DNA from: Candidatus Gottesmanbacteria bacterium
GTDB taxonomy: Bacteria; Patescibacteriota; Microgenomatia; UBA10105; UBA927
Assembly (NCBI GenBank): GCA_963714095.1
Contig: OY970230.1
Span: 1,023,907-1,087,906 of the forward strand
Direction of reading: 5' to 3'
DNA length: 64,000 bases
Below, piece after piece: positions 22,278 to 32,085 of this stretch. Under the pieces are notes generated by a model, which was given only the letters and a program-made list of their open reading frames with translations, was not told the origin of the DNA and made no database searches. The position numbers and the translations under genes are program-made. Numbering within the stretch: position 1 is the first letter of the stretch; each line of letters starts with the position of its first letter.

Positions 22278-22766
22278 ATGGAGTCTTCTTCACAATCTCA
22301 CGGGTTTACCTTAATTGAGATTGTTGTGAGCGTCGCAATTCTAGCGCTCCTCAGCGGTCTTTTTATTGCCAATTATAACGGGTTCAGTAATTCTCAGACT
22401 GTCCAGCAGACTGCGTCGGACGTGATTGCAAACTTGCAGTCAGCCAGGACAATGGCATCCTCCGGTTTGAAACCAGCGGGGTGCAACACGCTCGTCGGTT
22501 ATATTGTAAATTTCTCTAATTCCTCCTATACAGTACAGGCGAGTTGCCAGTCAGGACTGGTCGGCGGGATAAATACGTATACGCTCCCGATGGGGGTAAC
22601 GTTTGCTTCCCCCACTCCCAACCCTATTACATTCTATGCTCTTGATGGCGGAGCATCGGCAAACCAGACAATATCTCTCGTCGGGAACGGAGTTACTGCA
22701 AAAGTATCGGTATCTTCTTCGGGGGTGGTATCGGATTTTATTCCGACGCCGACTCCGACGCCGTAA
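22278..22766 (+). CDS. Type IV minor pilin-like protein with C-terminal Pro-Thr repeat
   Basis: The N-terminus has SHGFTLIEIVVSVAILALL. The protein ends in FIPTPTPTP. Confidence 0.75.
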   Translation: MESSSQSHGFTLIEIVVSVAILALLSGLFIANYNGFSNSQTVQQTASDVIANLQSARTMASSGLKPAGCNTLVGYIVNFSNSSYTVQASCQSGLVGGINTYTLPMGVTFASPTPNPITFYALDGGASANQTISLVGNGVTAKVSVSSSGVVSDFIPTPTPTP

Positions 22767-22781
22767 TAGACGGAAAAACGT

Positions 22782-23240
22782 ATGAAAATATATGAAGTAG
22801 GTAAACGGGGGCAGACATTGGTAGAAATGATAGTCATTGTCGGTATGGTGGTACTCTTGGCTACCGGTGTAGTTGTCGGAACAACGGTTTCGCTCAGCCG
22901 TTCGGAAACGTCAAAGGTGCGCAGCAACGCTGCTGCCTATGCCCAGTCCGGGATTGAACTGGCGCGCGCCCTTCGTGATACCAGCTGGGACGCTTTTGCA
23001 GCGTTAGGGACTCCTACCGCGAATACCTATTGTGTGGGATCCGACGGATCGTTTGGTCAGGCACAAATTTCGTGTACGGCATTTAATATTGATAATACAT
23101 ATGTTCGATCCCTTACACTTGAATTAACCATAGTTTCCGGCGTCCCTACGGTGAAAGTCACATCAAAGGTTTCATGGGGAGACGTAAGTAATCCGGCGAA
23201 TGCAATTCAGTTGATGACATATCTGACACAGTGGAAATAA
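22782..23240 (+). CDS. Type IV minor pilin-like protein
   Basis: The N-terminus has KRGQTLVEMIVIVGMVVL, a prepilin-like motif with Q at +1. Confidence 0.65.
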   Translation: MKIYEVGKRGQTLVEMIVIVGMVVLLATGVVVGTTVSLSRSETSKVRSNAAAYAQSGIELARALRDTSWDAFAALGTPTANTYCVGSDGSFGQAQISCTAFNIDNTYVRSLTLELTIVSGVPTVKVTSKVSWGDVSNPANAIQLMTYLTQWK

Positions 23241-23245
23241 TCTTT

Positions 23246-23794
23246 ATGGCGACACATTCACAAAAGGGATTTACATTGCTGGAGATGTTAGTTTCCGTCA
23301 TTATTCTGGCGGTTGTCGCAATCCTTATCGTGCAGGTATTGTTTACGACGACACATGTCAATCAAAAAACCAAGGTCCTGAGTGATATAAAACAAAACGG
23401 AAATTTCACTCAGGATATTATCGGTAGAATGGTGCGTTCAGCCCAAACAATTGAAACATCCTGTGTAAACGGCGCAACGTCAGCGTCCGTAGCCCAAATT
23501 ACAAATCCCGACGATAATGTGACCACTTTTACCTGTCTTACGGACGGGAACGTTGCACGTATCGCATCGGTAAGCGCTGGAGTCGTTGTTTATTTAACTG
23601 CCGGGAACGTGACGGTAAGTAGTTCGGGTGGTGCGACCTGTGACGACAGTTCGCTTACGTTTTCTTGTCCGCCGTCAAGCGGAATTCAGGATACACTCAC
23701 CGTTTCATTTACGCTTGTTCCAAAGGGAGTTTCCGGCAGTGAGTATGATATGGGGAGCACAACGTTTCAAAGCACTGTAGGCTTGCGAAATTAA
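23246..23794 (+). CDS. Type IV minor pilin-like protein
   Basis: The N-terminus reads MATHSQKGFTLLEMLVSVIILAV. The start was trimmed from a GTG at 23231. Confidence 0.75.
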   Translation: MATHSQKGFTLLEMLVSVIILAVVAILIVQVLFTTTHVNQKTKVLSDIKQNGNFTQDIIGRMVRSAQTIETSCVNGATSASVAQITNPDDNVTTFTCLTDGNVARIASVSAGVVVYLTAGNVTVSSSGGATCDDSSLTFSCPPSSGIQDTLTVSFTLVPKGVSGSEYDMGSTTFQSTVGLRN

Positions 23795-23824
23795 TGTGCG
23801 GTTACTACAATATAAAGGGAGGAT

Positions 23825-24688
23825 ATGGTGTATAAAAAAGAGACACAATCAGGTCAGGTTGCATTGATGGCGCTTCTTGTGATGACGATTGCCGCGACGG
23901 TCGGGCTGTCTCTTATTGCGCGCACCACAACCGATATTTCCGTGACAAGAAACACCGAGGAATCAACACGGGCGTTTTCTGCAGCAGAAGCGGGTGTTGA
24001 AGAAACGTTAAGATCAGGTGTAGCCTCGTCCGGTACAATAGATCCGACTTATGGAGTGAGTTATACGGCCTCAATTACTCCCGTGAGCGGTACCGCGACA
24101 AGTCCATACGTATTTCCTCAAAAAACCTTGAACGAGGATACCGAAACCGTGTGGCTGGTTAGTCATTCCGCCGACGGTACGATTATAGAATCACCGACGT
24201 ATACTGCAAATACTATTAATGTATGCTGGAGCAGTGAGTCAACTACACCAGCCATCGTTGTCTCTATCCTCTACAAAAAGGCAAGTGACGGATCGTACAG
24301 GGTTGCGAGAAATGCGTATGATTCGAATCGTTCCCGTGCCACAGATTTAGTCACGGGAAATAACTTTTCCGCTCCGGTAGCTGCAACCGGCTGTCCAAGT
24401 ACAACCGCACTTGGTACGAAAATTACATTTTCTGATTATGGAATTGTTCCGGCCAATGACACTCTGATAGCCCTTCGAATTCGTCCGGTGTATGCCGGAG
24501 CACTTCTTGCGGTAGCGCCGGCCGCGGCAGTGCCTGCGCAGAATCTTCCTGTTCAGGGTAACAGCATTCAGTCCGTGGGTGTAACAACAAGCGGCGTGAA
24601 CAGAAAAATCACCGTGTATCAGCAATACAGGGCGCCGGAATCAATTTTTGATTACGCGCTGTATAGTGAAGGGTCACTTTCACAATAA
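23825..24688 (+). CDS. PilX-like large minor pilin
   Basis: The N-terminus has SGQVALMALLVMTIAATVGL, a prepilin-like motif. The protein is 287 aa with a Thr/Ser-rich body. Confidence 0.6.
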   Translation: MVYKKETQSGQVALMALLVMTIAATVGLSLIARTTTDISVTRNTEESTRAFSAAEAGVEETLRSGVASSGTIDPTYGVSYTASITPVSGTATSPYVFPQKTLNEDTETVWLVSHSADGTIIESPTYTANTINVCWSSESTTPAIVVSILYKKASDGSYRVARNAYDSNRSRATDLVTGNNFSAPVAATGCPSTTALGTKITFSDYGIVPANDTLIALRIRPVYAGALLAVAPAAAVPAQNLPVQGNSIQSVGVTTSGVNRKITVYQQYRAPESIFDYALYSEGSLSQ

Positions 24689-24703
24689 TAAGATTCTGCC
24701 CAT

Positions 24704-25726
24704 ATGAATTTATCGCTCGGACTTGATATCGGATCGCACACGATTAAGCTTATTGAACTTGGGTTTGAGGGAGATTCCGTGGTACTTTCAGCGGCCGGCA
24801 TCATGCCGACCCCGGAAAAAACATCCGGATCAGCGCAGTCAGCAGACGCAGAGAATATGGCTCAGGCCATTAAGATCCTTGTAAAAGATACGGGGGTCAA
24901 ATCAAAGGAAGTACACATTGCGCTTCCCGAATCTAAAGTTTTTACCAGGGTGATTGAAGTACCCACGCTCTCGCAACGGGAGCTTGCGTCCGCCATTCGT
25001 TGGGAAGCAGAACAATATATTCCATTGCCTTTGGATCAGGTGAATTTAGATTTCACAATACTGCGCGACTCCAAAGCGACTGGAACCAATAAGATGGAAG
25101 TACTTTTGGTGGCGGCGCCAAAAACGCTGGTTGACAACTATCTGAGCATTCTGGAAATTGCGGAGCTGTCTCCCATAGCTGCCGAAACGGAGATTATAGC
25201 AACCTCACGGGCGCTTACGAGGTCAGTATCCAATGTTCACAGTGTCATGATCGTATCACTCGGCGCATTGACTACCGATATAGCTATAGAAAGAAATGAA
25301 GTATTGACATTTACCCGCTCATTGTCTGCAGGCGGCGATGCATTTACCCGTGCGCTTGCGCAGAGCCTTGATTTCAACTTGACGCAGGCAGAAGAATATA
25401 AACGCGCGTACGGGATACAGCAGGACAAACTTGAAGGAAAAATTGCCGCTGCCGCAAAACCCATCACCGATACAATTGTCGGCGAACTGAAACGCGCGCT
25501 TATCTTTTATCAGGAGAAATATAAAGATGAACATGTACAGCTCGTTTTACTTTCTGGGGGTACGGCGCGGTTACCCGGCCTTGTGGAGTATTTGGCGCAG
25601 GCGCTAGGCGTCGAAGTACAACTTGCAAATCCGTGGGTCGGAATTGCCCGTGCGCCCCGGTTTAACGTTCTTACGACGGAAGGGCCGAATTTTTGTGTGG
25701 CGGTAGGATTGGCCCTCCGTAGGTAA
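24704..25726 (+). CDS. pilM: Type IV pilus assembly protein PilM (actin-like ATPase)
   Basis: The N-terminus LGLDIGSHTIKLIEL and the paired actin-fold motifs are present. Length is 340 aa. Confidence 0.85.
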   Translation: MNLSLGLDIGSHTIKLIELGFEGDSVVLSAAGIMPTPEKTSGSAQSADAENMAQAIKILVKDTGVKSKEVHIALPESKVFTRVIEVPTLSQRELASAIRWEAEQYIPLPLDQVNLDFTILRDSKATGTNKMEVLLVAAPKTLVDNYLSILEIAELSPIAAETEIIATSRALTRSVSNVHSVMIVSLGALTTDIAIERNEVLTFTRSLSAGGDAFTRALAQSLDFNLTQAEEYKRAYGIQQDKLEGKIAAAAKPITDTIVGELKRALIFYQEKYKDEHVQLVLLSGGTARLPGLVEYLAQALGVEVQLANPWVGIARAPRFNVLTTEGPNFCVAVGLALRR

Positions 25727-25733
25727 ACATAGT

Positions 25734-26279
25734 ATGGATCCCGCGAATAAAATAAATCTTATTCAAAACAGGACTGAGGTATCGCCGCAACTCGTGATGG
25801 TGATAGCACTCCTTCGCAGATTGAGTCTTTGGGTTCTGGTTATTTTTATCGTAAGCGGTATCCTCGTCGGAGGGATGTATTATTATTTCAGCATTCGCAA
25901 TGAGGAGTTAGCCGCAAAACAACAGCAACTGTCTCAGGTTATCGCACAAAGTACGAGGACAGAAGGATTATTAGTTTCGGTTACCCAGCGTGCTGCGTTG
26001 ACGAAAAAAATTTTAGATATCCAAAAACCTGTCGGAATGGTGTTTGATACGGTCGTCCAGTTTGTTTCTCCGGGGAAGATATCCAACATTTCGTTTGATG
26101 ACACTGACACCGTTTCTCTCATGGTTCATGTGAATTCAATTCCGGAGGGTATTTTCATGACTGACGATCTTGTGAACCTGGCTGCTATGAATCTTGTACG
26201 GAAGCCACAGCTCGTTTCTTTTTCGATAGGGCCGGATGGGAGTATTGATATGGGATTGTCGTTTGTTGCAGTATTCTAA
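25734..26279 (+). CDS. pilN: PilN-like bitopic membrane protein
   Basis: The protein has a single N-terminal TM, then a coiled-coil, then a periplasmic domain. Its position after pilM supports the call. Confidence 0.6.
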   Translation: MDPANKINLIQNRTEVSPQLVMVIALLRRLSLWVLVIFIVSGILVGGMYYYFSIRNEELAAKQQQLSQVIAQSTRTEGLLVSVTQRAALTKKILDIQKPVGMVFDTVVQFVSPGKISNISFDDTDTVSLMVHVNSIPEGIFMTDDLVNLAAMNLVRKPQLVSFSIGPDGSIDMGLSFVAVF

Positions 26280-26284
26280 TTCTT

Positions 26285-27016
26285 ATGCAGTTAAAAAGGT
26301 TTTTTCGCCGGTATCAAGCGCTGATTATTTCAATTGTAATCCTCTTGGTGTGCGGGTTTGGTTTTGCGATGGGAATAGTTCCGCTTGCGCAAAAAATTGT
26401 AGATTTGAATAATGAATTTATCACCTCTTCTCAAGAGGTAAACGGTTTGAACAGTAAAACAGCGCTCTTGCAGGCTGTGAATGAATATACGATGAGAAGC
26501 GATTTACTAACTCTGTTATCCGCTGTTCCTTCCGATAAGTCACTCCCGACAGTATTAAGCACGCTTGACGGGTTGGCCGCCCAGACAGGTGTTTCCTTGG
26601 ATACAGTATCATTGGCGAAGGGAGGCTTTCTCTCCACCGCGTCGGCAGAGCCATTAACTGCTGATGAACAGGCTATTGGAACGAACATTATACCGTTTAC
26701 GGTAGGTTTTACAGGGACATTCGATCAGGTTCATGCATTTTTGACGGCAAGCACATCAGTTCGCCGGTTGTTCCGTGTTCAGACATTTGATGTTTCATTT
26801 GGTCAGGACAATACGGTAGCAGCTAACGTTTCGATGGAAGCCTTTTACTCCCCTCTTCCCACAGCAATCGGCGCTGTTGGTCAGCCGATTACCAGTTTAT
26901 CGGGTACGGACGCACGCGTCATTGCATCGGTGTCTGCGATGCAACTATTGGTGCAGCCATCCTCATTGCCTCCGCCATCAGGAGGGGCCGGCAAATCCGA
27001 CCCGTTCAGCTTATAG
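26285..27016 (+). CDS. pilO: PilO-like bitopic membrane protein
   Basis: The protein has a single TM followed by a coiled-coil. Its position after pilN supports the call. Confidence 0.55.
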   Translation: MQLKRFFRRYQALIISIVILLVCGFGFAMGIVPLAQKIVDLNNEFITSSQEVNGLNSKTALLQAVNEYTMRSDLLTLLSAVPSDKSLPTVLSTLDGLAAQTGVSLDTVSLAKGGFLSTASAEPLTADEQAIGTNIIPFTVGFTGTFDQVHAFLTASTSVRRLFRVQTFDVSFGQDNTVAANVSMEAFYSPLPTAIGAVGQPITSLSGTDARVIASVSAMQLLVQPSSLPPPSGGAGKSDPFSL

Positions 27017-27032
27017 GGGTAGACAGCTAATT

Positions 27033-27485
27033 CTATTTTCCAAACAAATACAGCCCTTTTGATTTGAAGTATTTTTTAACCTCTTTTGTTGTGAAGAAAT
27101 AGATATTGAATGCAGCTAAGCACAACCCAATAATTTTCGCGATAACATGAATTATATCTTGAGGGAAAGTAAGCATGAGGTAAACTAGGTGTAGTGAATT
27201 TAAAACTACCATTATCGGTACTAGCCACGGTTGTTTTGTTTTTAACCCCCAATAAAATGCAAAACACATTATTAATCCGGGAATCTGGAAAATAATACTG
27301 ATTAAGGGAGAAGGTGTTTTGGCGGGTGATCCGAAATTTAACAAATAAATTATAGCTAAAATTAATAGCAGCAATACAATAGATGTTACGAGATAGAGAT
27401 ACTTCAATACGTTTACTACAGTCTTAATATTTTTTTCTGATAATTTCATAGTTATACGTATATCACGCCATTTATGGGTGAACAA
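27033..27485 (-). CDS. Small polytopic membrane protein (hypothetical)
   Basis: The ORF has about 4 TM helices. Its composition is strikingly AT-rich relative to its neighbours. Confidence 0.4.
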   Translation of the reverse strand: MFTHKWRDIRITMKLSEKNIKTVVNVLKYLYLVTSIVLLLLILAIIYLLNFGSPAKTPSPLISIIFQIPGLIMCFAFYWGLKTKQPWLVPIMVVLNSLHLVYLMLTFPQDIIHVIAKIIGLCLAAFNIYFFTTKEVKKYFKSKGLYLFGK

Positions 27486-28137
27486 TAAGATCCGGGCGGA
27501 AAGTTTTGGTGCGTTTCAATGCTTCGGACTTTCTCCATTCATCAATTTTTTTATGGTTTCCGGAGAGAAGGACCGGAGGGACAACAATTCCGTTGTATTC
27601 TTGCGGCTCCGTATATTGGGGATATTCGAGGGTCGGCTCGGTAAATGATTCGTGGATGGTGGCTTCCGGTTTTGCAAGAACTCCGGGGATAAGCCTTGTC
27701 ACACTATCGACCAACACCATTGTCGGGATTTCTCCGCCGGTAAGAACGTAATCGCCGATGGAAATTTCTTCATCAACAAGGCTGCGGATCCGATGATCGA
27801 CGCCCTCATAGTGTCCGCAGATGAGAATAAGATGGTCCAGCATGCTGAGTTCTTTCGTTTTTGATTGTTTGTACGGAGTTCCTCCAGCATCAAGCAAAAT
27901 GGTGTGGCCTTTTTTGATACTTTTCAGTGCCCTATCAACAACGTCAACCCGCAATATCATACCCACGCCGCCGCCGTATGGATGGCCGTCAACGGTTTTG
28001 TAGGTATCAGCGGCGAAATCGCGGATATTAACGAAGTCGATCATGAGGAATTTTTTATCGATTGCGCGTTTGATAATAGATTCACAGAAAGGACCCTCAA
28101 ACATGTCGGGGAAAAGGGTCAGGATGGAGATATGCAT
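27472..28137 (-). CDS. trmD: tRNA (guanine37-N1)-methyltransferase
   Basis: The N-terminus reads MHISILTLFPDMF followed by GGGVGMILRVDVV. The start was trimmed from the longer ORF so that it abuts the upstream gene's stop. Confidence 0.9.
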   Translation of the reverse strand: MHISILTLFPDMFEGPFCESIIKRAIDKKFLMIDFVNIRDFAADTYKTVDGHPYGGGVGMILRVDVVDRALKSIKKGHTILLDAGGTPYKQSKTKELSMLDHLILICGHYEGVDHRIRSLVDEEISIGDYVLTGGEIPTMVLVDSVTRLIPGVLAKPEATIHESFTEPTLEYPQYTEPQEYNGIVVPPVLLSGNHKKIDEWRKSEALKRTKTFRPDLIVHP

Positions 28138-28138
28138 G

Positions 28139-28375
28139 TTACTCTTCTTCCGCAAGTACAACGTCAACGTACACACCTTGCTTTGCGGCCATAAGTTTAA
28201 TAAGGTCCCGAAGTGCGCGGATGATGCGTCCGCTTTTGCCGATAATCTTCCCAAAATCCTCCTGGTTTGCGTGAATTGTGAGCGTCGTTCTGTCCTCGGC
28301 AACTGTTTCGTCAACAACGATGTCATCGGGGTGTTCTACGATTCGGGAAAGTAAAAAAAGAAGCGTATCTTTCAT
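28139..28375 (-). CDS. KH-domain RNA-binding protein (YlqC/UPF0109-like)
   Basis: The translation contains GKIIGKSGRIIRALRDL, a KH GXXG loop. Length is 78 aa. Confidence 0.75.
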   Translation of the reverse strand: MKDTLLFLLSRIVEHPDDIVVDETVAEDRTTLTIHANQEDFGKIIGKSGRIIRALRDLIKLMAAKQGVYVDVVLAEEE

Positions 28376-28380
28376 GGTTT

Positions 28381-28608
28381 TTATCCCTTTAAGAGACGAC
28401 TGACCGCCGGCGTCACCTGAGCGCCTTTACTTTGCCAGTACGCGATGCGTTCGCGGTCTATGACGATTGCGGGAGGCTTTACCAACGGGTTAAAATGCCC
28501 TAAATTTTCGATTGCCTTGCCGTCGCGGCGTTTACCTTCCTCGATTGCAATAATCCGGTATGTTTTACGGTTTGTGGTGCCGGTTTGGGTGAGACGAATT
28601 TTTACCAT
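28381..28608 (-). CDS. rpsP: 30S ribosomal protein S16
   Basis: The N-terminus reads MVKIRLTQTGTTNRKTYRIIA. Confidence 0.9.
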   Translation of the reverse strand: MVKIRLTQTGTTNRKTYRIIAIEEGKRRDGKAIENLGHFNPLVKPPAIVIDRERIAYWQSKGAQVTPAVSRLLKG

Positions 28609-28620
28609 ACGCTGATGATA

Positions 28621-29307
28621 TCAGATTTTACCCATCTTCTCAAGAGCGGCAAGGGCGGCGGCTTGCTCTGCTTCCTGCTTTGATTTGCCGGATCCGCTGC
28701 CGAGGGTTGCGTCTGCCGCCCGCGCTTCGACCCAGAACGTGCGTGCGTGATCCGGTCCCTCGCTTTTCACGACATGATATGTCGGTGATACACGGGAGTT
28801 TTCCTGGATGAGCTCCTGAAGTAAGCTTTTGTAATCGATATACGATTTGGTTGCAATAATTTCTGCGGCATTGGGAAACAAGTTTGTTTCGAGAAATTTC
28901 CGTGCGGTTTCCAGCCCCTGGTCAAGATACAGCGCTCCCAGGAGCGCCTCAAATACGTCCGCCAGAAGCGATTGGTTTGTGCGTCCTCCGGAAGCCTCCT
29001 CGCCGTGGCTTAAGAATAAAAGTTCCCCCAGCCCCAGAGATTTGGAAATATCCGAAAGACTCGTCGTTTTGACAAGACTCGACCGGATATTGGTCAGTAT
29101 TCCTTCCGGATACTGGGGATATGTTTTGTACAGATAGTGTGAGGTTAAAAGGGATAACACAGAATCTCCTAAAAATTCCAGACGCTCATTGGACATATGG
29201 ATTTTTTTAACTTCGTTAAGATATGAACGGTGAACAAATGCAAGTTTCAGAAGTTCCGGATCCGTGAACGTAACACCGATTTTTTTCTGTAATTCTTCAA
29301 ATGTCAT
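28621..29307 (-). CDS. rnc: Ribonuclease III
   Basis: The catalytic signature ERLEFLGDSVLSL is present with a C-terminal dsRBD. Confidence 0.9.
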   Translation of the reverse strand: MTFEELQKKIGVTFTDPELLKLAFVHRSYLNEVKKIHMSNERLEFLGDSVLSLLTSHYLYKTYPQYPEGILTNIRSSLVKTTSLSDISKSLGLGELLFLSHGEEASGGRTNQSLLADVFEALLGALYLDQGLETARKFLETNLFPNAAEIIATKSYIDYKSLLQELIQENSRVSPTYHVVKSEGPDHARTFWVEARAADATLGSGSGKSKQEAEQAAALAALEKMGKI

Positions 29308-29657
29308 GATATTGATTTTAGAATTGTTCCCAATACACCGTTGACGAATTGCCCGCTGTGCTCGTTCCCGTATTCCTTTGCAAGCTCGATTGCCTCATCG
29401 ATAACGACTTTCGGAGGTTCCTTCTTATCGACCGTCAGTTCAAATACGGCAAGCCGCAACACCGCTAAATCAATTTTGGCAATTTTATCAACCGGCCATT
29501 CGGGGGCTGCCGCGTGTATTCGCGCATCGACATCCGGTAACGCCGCGATCATAGGTTCAATATCAACATTCACCTGATTGGAATCAAAACTATAGGAAAA
29601 AAGTTTATCCATGAGCGTTCGCCTGTGTTGGTGTCTGGGGTCGTTTGAAGTCTTCAT
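29304..29657 (-). CDS. nusB: Transcription antitermination factor NusB
   Basis: Length is 117 aa and the FVNGVLG motif is present. Confidence 0.8.
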   Translation of the reverse strand: MKTSNDPRHQHRRTLMDKLFSYSFDSNQVNVDIEPMIAALPDVDARIHAAAPEWPVDKIAKIDLAVLRLAVFELTVDKKEPPKVVIDEAIELAKEYGNEHSGQFVNGVLGTILKSIS

Positions 29658-29726
29658 TGGTAGGTATCAGGAGTATCAAATGTATCAAAGCTTTATTATT
29701 TTTGACACATGTGACACTTTTGATAC

Positions 29727-29930
29727 TTAGGATTTCTTTTTTGTCTTTACAATTTTTTGTTTTACCACTTCTTTTCCGCCGTAAAAGCCGCAATATTTGC
29801 ATGCCCGGTGCGGCATTCTCGGTTTGCCGCAGTTTTTGCACACGAGTATTTTGGGTAATCCCAATTTAATGGCAGCTTGTCGTTTGCCGCCCCTTCGTGT
29901 ACTATGCCGTCTTTTTGGTAATGGAGCCAT
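29727..29930 (-). CDS. rpmF: 50S ribosomal protein L32
   Basis: The N-terminus MAPLPKRRHSTRRGGKRQ and a Zn ribbon (CKNCG...CKYCG) are present. Confidence 0.85.
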   Translation of the reverse strand: MAPLPKRRHSTRRGGKRQAAIKLGLPKILVCKNCGKPRMPHRACKYCGFYGGKEVVKQKIVKTKKKS

Positions 29931-29933
29931 ATA

Positions 29934-31958
29934 TTAGTCTTTACTGACCTCCTGTATTGTACTCTTTTTGGCAATCCCCCTCAAGAGGGGAAACGCAGTA
30001 AAATCCGGATCCTTGTCAGATATTTTTTTGAGAGCCTCCTGAGTTTCATTCATTGTTTTCATATCCGTAAATGTTGCGATTTTCAAATGCGGCATGCCGT
30101 GCTGTCGCGTGCCGAATACTTCGCCGGGGCCACGAAGTCGTAAATCAACCTCAGAAAGTTCCGGTCCGCTGTGGATCATCTCGAGTGCTTTCAGGCGGGT
30201 GAGCGATTTTTCGTCGGTTGATTCAGTGAACAGGAGGCAGTAGGATTGCAGGCTCCCCCGCCCCACCCGGCCGCGCAGCTGATGCAGTTGTCCCAGACCA
30301 AAGCGGTCGGCTCCTTCCACGACCATCATGGAAGCGTTGGCGATATCAATCCCTACTTCCACAACCGGGGTGGCGACAAGAATCATCGTTTTTTTCTTCC
30401 GGAAATTTTCAAGTACTGCGGTTTTTTCTGCCGGCTTCAGTCGGCCGTGTAATAGCCCTACGGCCACTCTCGGAAATATTTTCTTTACTTTTTCGTATTC
30501 GCTTTTAACGGCTTTCACATCGATAAGTGTTTCAGAATCCTCGATTAAGGGACAAATGATAAATACCTGGCCCCCGGTTTCAGTGATTTGTTTTTGAATC
30601 CATTGATACGCTCCGGCGCGTTTTGCCGTCGGCACAACCCATGTTTTAATGATCCGGCGGCCTTTGGGCATTTGGGATAAGACTGAAATTTCCGTATTTC
30701 CTAATAACGTTTTGGCAATTGTCCGAGGAATAGGAGTTGCGGTCATGGTGAGAAAATGTGGTGACTGACTGCCGCCAGGCAGGCGTGTGTTTTCAACGGT
30801 AAGAAGCGCACGCTGCGCGACACCAAATCTATGTTGTTCATCAATAACAACAAGACCGAGTTTTTTAAACATGGTTTGTTTTGTGAGCAGGGCATGGGTT
30901 CCAACGAGGATGTCACCGGTTTCTTTTGAATCACTTGTGACTAATCCGATTTGTATTCCGAGCGGTTTTAAAAGCTTTGAAATTGTTTCATAATGTTGTT
31001 GGGCTAAAATGACTGTTGGTGCCATCAGAATCGATTGCAGGCCATGTGCGGCCGCAGCATACATCGCTGTTGCTGCCACGACTGTTTTCCCGCTTCCCAC
31101 GTCGCCAACCAGTAGTCTGTTCATCGGTACGGATTTTTGTACATCTTCAAGAATTTCGGCAATTGCACGATTTTGATCATCTGTCAGTTTAAACGGGAGT
31201 GACGGAATATTTATCGGAGGAATTTTTATTGCTTTTTGAGTTTTTTGCCACATTCGTTTCTGTTCGTATGCCGTCAGTTGTAATAAAAACACTTCATCAA
31301 ATGCAATCCGGCGTCGGCCGCGTTCAATCGCCTCTTTGTTTTCAGGAAAGTGGACCGCGCGGAGGGCTTCCGATAAACCCATAAGCCGGTAGTCAGTTCT
31401 TGTCTCGTTCGGCAAAAAATCCTCCATTGTCGGCAGTATTGTTTCCAGTAGAAATGCAATCCTGGTGCGGAGCCATTTACTTGACACCCCTTCGGTTTCC
31501 GGGTAAACCGGTACGAGTCTTCCGGTGTGCAGGGACACATTGCTCGCTCCGGAAGTTATTTCGTATTGCGGACTTGTCATGACGAGTTTATTCCCAAACC
31601 ACCCTATTTCGCCGGACAGATGAACCGTATCGCCGGGATGAAGTATCTTTACAAGATACGTCTGATTAAACCAAATGATCGTTAATTTCCCCGTTTCATC
31701 AGAGACAGTTGCCTCCTGGATTTTTTTACCTGTTTTGGTAAAAAAGTTTTTTATGCTTTGGATAGTCGCGTTGATTGTGACGGTATCTCCTGGCCGGACA
31801 CTTGAAATTGGTAAAACAACGGAAAAATCATCGTAGCGGAACGGCACGTGATACAGAAGATCACGGACGGTATAAATTTCTAAATTTGACAGCCTATCCG
31901 CCATCACCGGTCCGATATGAGGAACGTAGCGTACGGGACTATCTAGAGTCAATTCCAT
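29934..31958 (-). CDS. recG: ATP-dependent DNA helicase RecG
   Basis: The wedge/OB N-terminal domain is present, Walker A is GDVGSGKT, the DEQHRFGV motif is present, and the C-terminus is HQLRGRVGRG. Confidence 0.9.
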   Translation of the reverse strand: MELTLDSPVRYVPHIGPVMADRLSNLEIYTVRDLLYHVPFRYDDFSVVLPISSVRPGDTVTINATIQSIKNFFTKTGKKIQEATVSDETGKLTIIWFNQTYLVKILHPGDTVHLSGEIGWFGNKLVMTSPQYEITSGASNVSLHTGRLVPVYPETEGVSSKWLRTRIAFLLETILPTMEDFLPNETRTDYRLMGLSEALRAVHFPENKEAIERGRRRIAFDEVFLLQLTAYEQKRMWQKTQKAIKIPPINIPSLPFKLTDDQNRAIAEILEDVQKSVPMNRLLVGDVGSGKTVVAATAMYAAAAHGLQSILMAPTVILAQQHYETISKLLKPLGIQIGLVTSDSKETGDILVGTHALLTKQTMFKKLGLVVIDEQHRFGVAQRALLTVENTRLPGGSQSPHFLTMTATPIPRTIAKTLLGNTEISVLSQMPKGRRIIKTWVVPTAKRAGAYQWIQKQITETGGQVFIICPLIEDSETLIDVKAVKSEYEKVKKIFPRVAVGLLHGRLKPAEKTAVLENFRKKKTMILVATPVVEVGIDIANASMMVVEGADRFGLGQLHQLRGRVGRGSLQSYCLLFTESTDEKSLTRLKALEMIHSGPELSEVDLRLRGPGEVFGTRQHGMPHLKIATFTDMKTMNETQEALKKISDKDPDFTAFPLLRGIAKKSTIQEVSKD

Positions 31959-32085
31959 GGGTATATTATACCGCGAAGTTTACCTGAGCGAGAGAAGCGG
32001 TAAAAAAGAACTCGCGATAAGGCCGAGTGACGCCACAACAATAACTACTTTCCAAAATGTTTCGTGTTTCCGAAAAAAGTTCATA

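Noticed and set aside
28138-28326. N-terminal 63-codon extension of trmD
   Set aside because: The extension overlaps the upstream KH-protein gene in another frame. The canonical TrmD N-terminus MHISILTLFPDMF starts at 28137, adjacent to the upstream stop.
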